64,000 nucleotides of DNA, from NCBI GenBank assembly GCA_973895155.1, contig OZ316898.1:18301292-18365291 (forward strand), given 5' to 3'. Source of the stretch: Marsupella aquatica. Taxonomy: Eukaryota; Plantae; Marchantiophyta. The notes under the pieces were generated by a model, which saw only the letters and a program-made list of their open reading frames with translations, did no database searches and was not told where the DNA came from. The translations under genes and the position numbers were made by a program. Shown piece after piece: positions 9,247 through 19,408 of the stretch (position 1 is the stretch's first letter; each line of letters starts with the position of its first letter).

Positions 9247-12200
9247 ATGTCAAACAAATCAAAGTCGTCTGGTTCGACCCAGTCTTCACGGACATCCATC
9301 ATCGATGAGATTTGGAAGAAAGACCTTTACATGGAGGAGAAACTTGTGAGGAATAGGTGGTACTTCAGGGATGCTCGGGCGATGGATATTCATAGAGCCT
9401 ATGAAGGTCCAACGGTGTGGTTGGTTATAGTTAAGGGTAAAGACCATTGTCATTATGGATTAGTCGTGGACACCGGGGAGGCGGATATCACCGACTCAAA
9501 AACAAAATAGCTGAAGAAGATTCCAATGTACCTTTGCATTCTTCCGAACAATGCCTTCACTGTAGTTGTCCTCAACTACGAGAAACTTGATCGGGTCTCG
9601 ATGAACATATTTCCTGATGACCCGATCTGCCAGCTAATTTTGGAAGTGCCGGAGATAGAGGACTTTTCTTATTGGTGTTTGAAATTTGTCTTAAAGTCTT
9701 GGAGGGTTGTTGAGGATTTTACAAAGGTAGCGTATAGGTCCGTTGTTGGAGCCGACTTTGGCGTCAAAGAGCGGCCTTTGAAGTTGAAAGTGACAAAGCC
9801 TACCGATCCGGCTTTGAAATCAAGGGAGATGTCTGGAACACCCTCGACAAAGGAGAAATCTGCCACAGTTTCTTTTAAGGAACCGGCAAAGAGGAAGCTT
9901 GCAGATCAACTCTCTGGGGAAGGTTCTAAAGTAGCGGTGTCAAGAGAAGCTATTGTCAAGAAGAAATTGGATCGACGTGACATCCAGAAACGCGCGTCTT
10001 CTGCACCAGGAAGTGTTGTCTCATCTTTGGTCCCACCAATTTCACAGACACCTTCTCAGATTCCTTCAACTTTGTCAGGTGGGCCTTCATCTAGGGGAGC
10101 TGTTAAAGAAAAGAAAAATGATTCAACAGATATCACCACAACTTTGCAGCGGGAAGAGACACTTGTAGTTCGTGAAGAAGTGTCTCGATTGATGGAGACT
10201 AAGCGATTTTAGAAGACAACAGTTATTCTGAAAACAACTAACCTGCTTCTTGTTGACAATATTGACGACGAGAACTCAACGTTGCTTTGAACAGTCGATC
10301 GGTTGCATGTGGAGAACATCAAGACTTTGATAAAAATGAATCCGACAAATTTCATGACGCCATTTATCTTGTTTGTGATCCCCGAAGACTGCCCGACAGT
10401 GACAGACTGGGACCCAAAAAAGGCAACAAGCTGGAGATATCGAGAGATTGGAGGTAATCACGGTGCTCGGGCTAAGAGAGAATTGTATCAGGCTTATGGG
10501 AGAGAGATCTTCAATGAACTCCAAGCTTGGGTGTATGCTGGTCTCACAAGGGAGGACATTCAGAAACTTAGCATCCAACATAATATTGATCAGGAGTACA
10601 GGAAAAAAATGAACATTGATCAAATCCGAACAATGCATAAGATTTTCCTTGCCAGAGGAATGGCAAAAACCAAGGAGACTAGAGAAGCGTGTGCAATGGA
10701 GGTTTGCCTCGACGGGTTTTTTCCGGGGGACGCCACAAGCCTGAAGAAGCATGAGCCTCTCTTCCAAATTGCGTTTAGGTCGGGTAAAGTCTGGGAACTC
10801 CAAGACCAGATCTTTGAGATGTGGAACAAGTTGGAGATCAAAGGGCAGAATAAGCAGAAGTCACTGATCAAGAAACTCAAGAAAGAAAGGGAAAAGCGCA
10901 GTCAATTCCAAAAGCTTTGAATAAGCTTGCAGGGGGCCTTACCTTGACACCTTGGAGAGCAATCCAGGGAATTGAACACGACCAATTTTTGGAGTCCCTT
11001 CTTCTCCGAGTTAAGGACCGGATGATCTCTTTGGAGCAGATGGCAAAAGAAGCCGAGAGTTACAAGAAACTTGTGAAAATCAGCAAGCTTTTTGTTCAGT
11101 TGTCAGGGCAGAAAGACTGGGCGACTTGCAAACAAATGTTTTTGAAAGAAACAAAATCTGCCAAGCTTGAAAGATGGAGTGGGAAATTGTCCGATGTGGT
11201 ATGTTCTCCCCTTCCACTGATTGGACTTTTCTATTTGTTTTGCCATGTTCAGAGGTTTTCTTGGATTTCTTGTTGGAATGCGAAGTGGGATACAGGGTAT
11301 CCCATCTCGGATTCACTTGTGCTTATTTGATGTTGGTGATGTTTCAATGCGGTTTTTTCTTGGTTGAATGCCAAGTGGGATACACGGTATCCCATCTCGT
11401 ATTCACTTGTGGTTATTTGATGTTTGTGAAGTTTCACTGTGGTTTTTGCTTGGTTGAATTTGAAGTGGGATATGCGGTATCCCATCTCGTATTCAATGTG
11501 GTTATTTGACGTTTGTGATGTTTCAATGTGGTTTTTGCTTGGTCGAGTGCGAAGTGGGATACGGGGTATCTCATCTCGGATTCACTTTATGGTTATTTGA
11601 CGGTGGTGATGTTTGACTGTGGTTTTTGCTTGGTTGAATACGAACTAGGATACGGAGTATCCCATGTCGCATTCGTCGTCCAGATTTGATTGTTTGAATT
11701 CCTAAATGGTTATCTTCCCATTGTCTTTCCTCCAGATTCTTTTAACAAGTATGCGTTTGCAGTTGAAAGCTTTTTTGAAGAAGAAGAACAAGGATGCAAT
11801 TGGTGCCGATGCGGTTGAGAAGCCTACGGAGGAGCTGACTTCGAGTGTTATTCCCCCGGGGTTTAAGAATTATGTTCAAGAAGCGATTGAGAACTACAAC
11901 CATCGTCGTGGGATTGAAACGGTTGAAGCAAAGTCGAGTGACCATCGATGGAAAAACGCTGACAGAAATTTTATCAGATATACATTGCATTGTGGAGATG
12001 TCAGGGCGCTGGATAAGTTTGTAGAGAAAAGGAATTACACACTTGCAATTGCAGACATTCCTTATGGATTCAATGCGCCTGGCTCTGAAAATGATGAGGT
12101 CCCATTTTCAGAGAGTGATATTGTGGATATGGTGAATTGTTTTGCCAAGGTGACAAGTTCAAAGATGTGGAGGTTTGTTGTGATTCACTCTTTGCAGCAA

Positions 12201-12875
12201 ACTTGGTCTGTGATGAATGCTTTTGGAAAAACTTGTAACGCAGGTGTAGAGGCTGGAATTTGGGAGAAGCCAAATGTACATGCTCATCCTTCCGGGAATC
12301 GATTGGCTTGGGCTTTTGAAAACTGGTCAATCGGATATTATCACGAGTGGTATTAGGACCAGAGACATGTACAATTTTGAACATGATGAGAAAAGGGTAA
12401 ACATCATAAAAGTCTCTTGTGTTACAAAGAAATGTGTAACACCATTGGGAGAAATAGTGAACCCTTACTAGAAACCGATAGCTTTAGCAGATTGGTTCAA
12501 TTCGTTCAACATTTTAGTGAAGCAGGGGATTGGGTTGCTAATTTATGTGTGGGGAGTGGTTTGACCTCATGCGCTGCCTTGTTAGGGAATCGTCCGATGA
12601 CAGCTGTGGAGCTCAGTGCAAGCCAGGTGGATTGTATCCGGACCCGACTTGTCACGCTTGATGAATCGTGGGACTTGAATGATGAAGCAACCGAGGAGGG
12701 TACAGGACCCATGAGCTTTGAGGTTCAACCACCTATTGGTGGTACTACGAGCACCCTCACCACTGGAACTTGCATTATTACAACCGCGGAGGAGAACGAC
12801 AATGATGAGGATGAAGAGGATGAAGTGGAACATGAAGCTCCGGCACTTGATCTTGGCTCATTCCTTGAGGTGTAG
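9247..12875 (+). pseudogene. ParB/Srx-like domain + beta-class N6A/N4C DNA methyltransferase gene (intron 11199-11735), disrupted
   Basis: YREIGGNHGARA (ParB/Srx-like GxHR-type motif); LHCGDV...LAIADIPYG (motif IV, DPPY-like); NPY*KP (HPTQKP-like); GDWVANLCVGSGLTSCAALLGNR..AVEL (SAM-binding motif I, after motif IV = beta order). Stops at 9508, 10210, 12469 and frameshifts near 10890, 12345, 12500. Confidence 0.82.
11270..11675. repeat. Second tandem array (5 units, ~90-bp period) of the same palindrome, inside intron 11199-11735
   Basis: Cores at ~11287, 11377, 11467, 11556, 11647; intron has GTATGT donor and CTCCAG acceptor in phase 0. Confidence 0.87.
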
Positions 12876-12987
12876 ACTTAAGTTTGATTAGTTCTCTCAT
12901 GTTGTATCTATTGATCCAAACTTGTGAAATATTGAGGAAGATTATGATTGGACTATGTTCTTATTTCACAAAGTAATATCTTTGCAG

Positions 12988-13926
12988 GAACCACAGGAGG
13001 ATTTTGTATTGAAACATGTTCTGCATAGATTCTCACACAATCCTTCTAGTGGATTTCTTTTGGACAATAAAACATTGAGCCAACTTGAACCCGGTCAATA
13101 TTTGGGTGATGAAATAATGGAATTTTACCCACAATTAATAACCGAGGAACATGGAGATCTGGCTCCCTCAGTAAACACATTATCTTCTTTTTTTTACCCT
13201 TGGCTTGTTTCAAGGATTGAAACAGAACTAGCTGAGACCTTGTTGGAATCAATTCAAAAGATGCGGAATTATTACAAGCCACCATTTTCCCAAATTGAGG
13301 TCATTCTCATGCCAATTCACATGAGCATGCACTGGAGTCTGGTTGTAATATGTTTGGATCGGATTGAATCTTCGATCAAAATGTATCATCTAGACTCTCT
13401 CGCCGGTCTACACTCAACCCATGTAATTGGATCAATACTGAGCAGGTACGTATATATTCTATTACATTTTTTCAATTTGAATTTATTTATGTGGTACATA
13501 AATATAAACACTTTGGACTAAGAACTTTGAATGATAATTTGCAGATATTTTACAATGGAATGAGAATTATTTTTTGGAAAAGTTCCAATGAGAGTTGTGG
13601 AGATATACAATCCAATGGTAAGGATTTGAAAAGTTATTTCAACTTTTATTTAGTTCAATTATTAAACACTTTAAACCCTAAACCCTAAACCCTAAACCCT
13701 AAACCCTAACTTTAAGATTCTTTCTCAGGTACCTCAACAACCAAACAATTCAGATTGTGGTCTATTTGTTCTTCAAAATATGGGCGAAATCAGAATTCAA
13801 TGGCATATTACACAATGCCTTGATGCACAGTCTTTATTTACTGAATAGTACAATTGTAAAAGAGCATGTAACCTTAGAAAATTCATTCGAGATCAAATTC
13901 TAAAATTGATGCATGTACCTGTTTAA
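12988..13926 (+). pseudogene. Ulp1/C48 SUMO-protease domain, exons 12988-13445, 13544-13617, 13729-13926
   Basis: LEPGQYLGDEIMEFY, LSSFFY, ILMPIHMSMHWSLVVI (His), YHLDSL (Asp), VPQQPNNSDCGLFVL (oxyanion Gln + catalytic Cys) after splicing; internal stops (TGA in exon 2, TAG 13846). Confidence 0.85.
13672..13709. repeat. Interstitial telomeric repeat (TAAACCC)x5 in the Ulp1 intron
   Basis: Perfect plant-type TTTAGGG repeats on the minus strand. Confidence 0.9.
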
Positions 13927-13937
13927 GAACATCAATC

Positions 13938-16900
13938 TCAATCCTTTGAGTGTGCACAACCTCTCTCTAATATAGCAAACTCTATAATTTTTTTAGTTTT
14001 TGCTGCTATTTGATTAGTACTTAAAAGCGCAAAGTTGTATGCATACACCGCTGTTGATGATAGAACTAGTTCATCTTGGAGAAGTCGATTAGATATATTA
14101 TCTTTCTCTGGAAAATATTTCCCATCAATAGCAGACTCAGCACTTGCCTCAGTTGTGTACCATGTGATTTTGATTCTCTCAGGAATGTTTGCAGTTCTTG
14201 TCAAAATCTTTGACACCTTTGCCATCCAAAACAACTTGCCTTCTAGATCCTTGTGTGCCACTACACATATCATGGACCACTTATTGTTAACTTCCATATC
14301 TCTGAAATCTCCAAATTCAGCTTGCTTTCGTCGAGGTCCGGAGTACATAATTCTCTGTGGTCCAGCAACTTTATCAACCAAAGTTGGATCAACACCTTCT
14401 TCAACAAGTTCATTTCTCACCCTTGGAAGTAGTTGTGCACCTTGATTTTGTTGCGGCCAAACCCACTCAAATAACCACTCACCTTCCTCTAGGTGGTTTT
14501 TGATAATATCTTTTTGTTTCTCAAAAAAACTCATCCACCAAAGTTTATCTTCATTGTTAAAGTAATTGAAACCTTCCTGGATAGCTTTTTCATATTTCAC
14601 CATAGTAGTTAATGCACCATCTGTATTGGAAGAATCATGGACATCATCCCTCTCAACACCTTTTGCTGACTTCAGTGACATTTGTGCAGCAACCCACATT
14701 CTTGAAGTTGGAATGTAATTGATGAACGTCATTGCATCTCCCCAATCCTGGGTCGTGGAAAGATGTTTCCCATGAAATGTTGTCTCTTTGTTTCCATCCT
14801 CCATGACTCGTTTGAATCTGAATTGTCTTTGAAAAGTTATGAGATTGAAATCTCTCAAGACTCTACCTGAGACTCCCTTCTCATTTGGCTGGTCGTTTTC
14901 ATTGACAAATTTTCAAAAATCGGCTACTTCATCCACAAATATGATCAAAGCTTCAGGTGAATATGCTCGTCGAATAATATCCTCAAGAGTCTCCAAGCGA
15001 AATGCTTTGTGCTTGTTTAACCTAGACGAAAATTTACTAAACATCTGATCTATCTAGTCATGTGTATGACCGACCAACAAGAAACCCACTTTAATCTTGT
15101 CAAAAATCTTCAAATCTACTAACATGTGAAGATAAGCCATCAAGAATTTATTCTTGTTTTCCCGAGTGGTATTATCTAATTGAAGATATAACACTCTTGG
15201 TAATGTCCCATCCCATGTATTCAATATATTTTGAATAACATGTATGGTCAAGTTTGCATCATTATGGATATTGGGATATGTCAAAAATACTTTTGCTACA
15301 AGGTTCCTGTTGAAGATGAGACAACCTACAACATGTATTGGAATGAAATACTTTTCATCCATGTTCTTTGGACAACGAAGAAAATGTGGTAGCTCTGTTT
15401 TCTTTTGATCCATACCATCTATACAAATACCCAAATACTTGTTGGGCTCATCATAGCATTTTTTACGATGCTTGGCTAACTTCATCCTTTCCAATGATTG
15501 TACTTTTCGATGCTCCATAAGGGCATTGATATACTTTCCTGAAATGATACAATAGCAATGAATTAAAAATCAATAACTAAGGATAAACTTTGACAAATAT
15601 TGAATTACATGTCATCAAATTAAAGTTGAAGGTTATAGTTAGTGGAACTTACTTTTATACTCTTCAGTTGTTGCTTTGTCCCGAAGAGCCTTGAATTCAG
15701 TACAAGGACCACAAGTAGAAAATCGACTCCTTTTAGGAATTCGTACATTTGGAAACTTTTTTTTCCAAACACGCAAAAAATAAGAATATGTAACTTGTTG
15801 TTCTTCTCGCAACATTGTTTCAGCTTCAAAGATTCCATGTATCTCTTGCTTTGTCCAATTGTCTGGCAAGTGATGAATCTCTTTATGGGGAAGACTATCC
15901 ATATTTTTTTGGAAAAAATCTTTCAACCATTCCACCAAGTTTAGAAATAAAGGTGAGTCTTCCTTACAAAAGGTATCTCGTTCAATCCTTGTAAACATGT
16001 TTGCATGGATTGTTGCCAATCTATTATTACCTAAAGAATATAGTTTCTTGAATCCTCCTCTACATATAGGTTGTCCATTTACACTATATCCACGAGAAGT
16101 ACTACAGTTGTTCATGATACAACCTCGTAGCAAAATATTTTTTTGCAAGTGTTTAAGACCAAAATAATACTTGCGTTGTTTTGAGCATTCCTCTAGACCC
16201 AGAGACCTCAAGCAAAACTTGTCACAACAGGGATACTTAAAAATATCTTTAATTTTGCGTTTTTTTAGATTTGCAATGGTAAGTCTATCTTTTCTAATCA
16301 TCTGATCTCTGATTTTCTTGCTGGGTCTTGTCACCTCTACTCTATCCTGAATAGTGTCGGGAGAACTTACCCCCCACTATTTTCTAGTGAATTAGAATTT
16401 AAAACAAAAAGATCTTCTGTAGAGTTGTTTCCACTCTCCACATTTTCTGTAACTGTTTCATGAACAATCTCACATCCCAGGATCTCTTCAACAACATTTG
16501 AGATTACAGCAGTCTCTCTGTCATTTGCAGCCTCCTCTGATCTCTCTTTAGAGTCTTCTGAAAATGTAATAGGTGTTCGGAGATTTCTAGTTTGAAATCT
16601 TCTAATGATATTCACATCTTCAGTCGGAGTACCGCCCACTTGTCTCTGAGACTGTAATCCCAGCCTAGGTGATTCTTCTCGACTTGAGGGCTCATCTTGA
16701 CCATTGAATAATCTTTGGACAAGTTTCAATTTAGCATGTACCCTTGAATTTTCGGGCCCTCTCTCTGGCAGCTCACTTCGCAATAATCTCCGAGGAATTT
16801 TTTGGACACTAGATCTCTTCCCTCTTTTGTTTTGCACTTGCCGTCCAATGGAAGATCCAAAAACCTCACACTGCATCCTCACCAAAGGGCTTCGAAGTCC

Positions 16901-17763
16901 CATGTTGTTAGTTTTACCACTCTGTGAAATAACTGATGGGAATATTGATTGGGATCCCTGGATCCCAACTCGTATTCGTCCTTCGGGACTTCGAAGTGAA
17001 AACTTTCCCACTTGCTGTTTTGTGTCATGACTTGGTAATTTTCCGTTGCGCAATACGAACTGGGATCCGCAATACGAAGTCCGCAAGACCGGTGACTCGG
17101 GCACAAGATTCTACAAAATAACACGAGGGAATACTAAGTGGGATCCATGGATCCCACTTTGTATTTGACCCAAGGAATTTGGTACTGAAGGAGATAAAAT
17201 AGGTAATTTGCGTTCACCGTTTCTCAACATTCAAGTAGGGAATACTAAGTTATTCGACCCACCAAATTTGGCTCCGAGGCTGCCCCTCCCTGCAATTCCG
17301 GCACATTTGGACTTCTCATTCGCTCAAACTGTGATTGAACACTGGACACAGCTATCTTCACTCCCGGAGAATGAGACATTGGAAAAACCAACGGAGATCT
17401 TCGGGCGGGCCTACATGGTAATGTTGTTCTTGGCATTAAAAACCGGGGCCTTCGCCTTTGAAGATCTGTCGGGGTTCGCGGTGAACCAAGTGTCTCTGTC
17501 GTAGGAACTACATTAGGCTTCTTTACAAGTAGACATCGTTTAAGAGGTTTACTTGGAGAGACATAGTATGAAATCGGAGCACCCACAACACTCCTACAAG
17601 ACTCTAACTCTGACTTCTCAGATTCTGAGGAAAATGAAATCTTTGGCACTACTCTCTGTGAGGCTGGTAATTCATTCATCAAACGAGATGGAATAAATTT
17701 TCGAACAACATCTGGCAAAGATGCATCTGAACTGTAAATTGACTCATCACTTGAAGACGCCAT
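13938..17763 (-). pseudogene. DDD-type transposase (Sola-like), multi-segment and disrupted; intron 15539-15652
   Basis: CCDKFC, ICRGGF, RFSTCGPC..H (Zn motifs), ICIDGMDQKKTELPHF, LYLQLDNTTRENKN, FLLVGHTHD*IDQMFS; long Ser/Arg-rich N-terminal region; stops at 15054 (TAG) and ~14912 (TGA), frameshift in G-run ~16370. Superfamily assignment tentative. Confidence 0.8.
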
Positions 17764-17910
17764 AGAGAATCAAACAAGGGTTGTATAGGAGTACGTATTC
17801 CTATCCAACAGAGAAAATTCAGATTACAGTATTCTATGAAAACAACTACTCAATACTGAACGAACCTCAAAGTAATCGCAAGAAATGAAGATGAAAAACA
17901 GATGCGAGCT

Positions 17911-17985
17911 CTTCCTTTTATAGTTTTCGGGGGCATTGGACACGTGGCATTCCCTGATTGGTCCGTACGAGGGTTTTTTCACGTG
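17911..17985 (-). promoter_or_regulatory. Putative transposase promoter: TATA (CTATAAAAGG on minus strand), CCAAT and two CACGTG boxes
   Basis: ~150-220 bp upstream of ATG 17763. Confidence 0.4.
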
Positions 17986-18782
17986 AGAGTCTGTCTTTTC
18001 AAAGAATGCTGAAATTCAAATCGTAGATTTTTGAGGAAGTCGCCGTGGATCCCAGTTGGTCTTCAAACTAGAATATCAAGGTATGCGATGCAAAAACTTC
18101 AAAATGTAGAGGTTGAATACTAAATGGGATCCATGGATCTCAGTTGGTATTCATGTCGAAAGATCTCCTGATGCAAAGTTGCAAGTGGAAAACATTGAGG
18201 TTGAATACAATAGTGGATACTTGGATCCCATCTCGTATTCATCATGCGTTATGGGCTAAAAAGTTTCCGGACATGTCGTCGGGTTAACTTAACTAACTGT
18301 GTGGTTCGACTGTAGTCCGCAGTCAGCTTTTCGTAGTTTTCAATTTTACCGCAGTTAAAAATTCAAACATTTTTAACCTGAGATTAAATGGAAGCGTCAA
18401 GAGAATGATTTGGTGTGGTTTTCGTCCATGTTCAATAGTTGAATCCGAAATGGGATACGCCGTATCCCATTTTCAGTTTGCCATTTTGATGGCGAAAATG
18501 AAATCTTGTGTTTTACTCGTTTTGTTTGACGCTCGGATTTAGCTTTTAGAAGGATCACGTGAAAAGCATTGTTTTTCCAGGTTTTGGAATTTGCACTTTT
18601 TTTAGATGAAGTGTATCGGAATTTTGGATTGTGACAATTCTGTGTTTTTGCATCAACAATATCTCGATTTGAAATCCAATGTTGGATGCGATTTTGGATT
18701 CATCCTCAAAATAGCATTTTTGATCTTAATTTTAGTGATTTTTCGCCGTTTTTCGCAAAATTGAAAACACACTTCTCGTTTG

Positions 18783-18815
18783 GTGGTCATACTTCTCATT
18801 TGGTCCGTCACTGTG
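18783..18815 (-). repeat. Right TIR of the 12-kb transposon
   Basis: GTGGTCATACTTCTCATTTGGTCCGTCACTGTG, inverted match to 6800-6832. Confidence 0.93.
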
Positions 18816-18817
18816 TT

Positions 18818-19040
18818 CCGAGCTAACGCTGCTTGAGAATCGTAAGCTTCAAGCCTAGCCGTGAAGTGGTAATCCTTCTCATCAGTTTCCTTCACAGGCG
18901 GTGTAGCAGTTCCATCAATAAACTTCCACGAGCCTGATGATTGAAGGCCGGCGGAGACAAGCATTTTCCACAAGTCATAATTGACTCCTCCTTCCAGCTT
19001 TGGAATTGAGTGTGTAGAATCGCCAAAAAGGATTCGACAT
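18818..19040 (-). pseudogene. Ty1/Copia gag N-terminal part
   Basis: IPKLEGGVNYDLWKMLVSAGLQSSGSWKFIDGT...AALAR, a typical Copia gag start; continues at 6797 after the insertion. Confidence 0.8.
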
Positions 19041-19131
19041 TGTAAAAATTGATGAAAATTTGTATAAAGAAAGAACGGAGCTGAGTATCTTAGTCAGCGT
19101 GTAGTGCAAGCGCAGTCTATAGAATTAACTA

Positions 19132-19143
19132 AGGCCCATAACC
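19132..19143 (-). other. Primer binding site GGTTATGGGCCT (internal half-tRNAiMet type)
   Basis: Immediately follows the LTR-terminal CA on the minus strand; matches the GGTTATGGGCCCAG type of Copia PBS. Confidence 0.7.
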
Positions 19144-19408
19144 TGTCGACTCGTTAGATGCTCAGAGCTTGAACACGAGACAGGAAAACACTCAAAGCCA
19201 TCAAACACGATTTTGAAAACTTCCTGGAGTGCAGATTTCATTATACCTCAAAAGAGGGCGAGAGCCAGAGTACGTAGTGGCGCGGGGATGGACCTCAGTC
19301 CTTATCACACCGTTGTCCCGCGGAAGCCATGTGGCACAGAAAACAACAAAAGCAAAGTGGCTTACAGTAAGCCTGATACTACTGTATGCAAATGTAGACT
19401 AATTGACA
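19144..19408 (-). mobile_element. Putative 5' LTR of the Copia element (~265 bp); no partner LTR found
   Basis: TGTCGA...TTGACA inverted termini adjacent to the PBS. Confidence 0.6.

Larger units (their letters stand above)
6800..18815. mobile_element. 12.0-kb TIR DNA transposon carrying transposase, ParB-like/DNA methyltransferase/Ulp1 gene and F-box-like gene, inserted in Copia gag
   Basis: 33-bp TIRs (31/33 identical) beginning CACAGTG; interrupts the Copia gag reading frame, which resumes on the other side; internal transposase ORFs; palindromic repeats confined to the element. Confidence 0.9.

Noticed and set aside
8820-11675. Palindromic repeat arrays as a CRISPR array
   Set aside because: Inter-repeat segments resemble each other rather than being unique spacers, arrays lie in spliceosomal introns, no cas genes, eukaryotic context.
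9247-12875. Bacterial contamination explaining the MTase
   Set aside because: The gene has GT-AG introns and a TATA box, sits within TIRs nested in a plant Copia element, and is linked to eukaryotic Ulp1.
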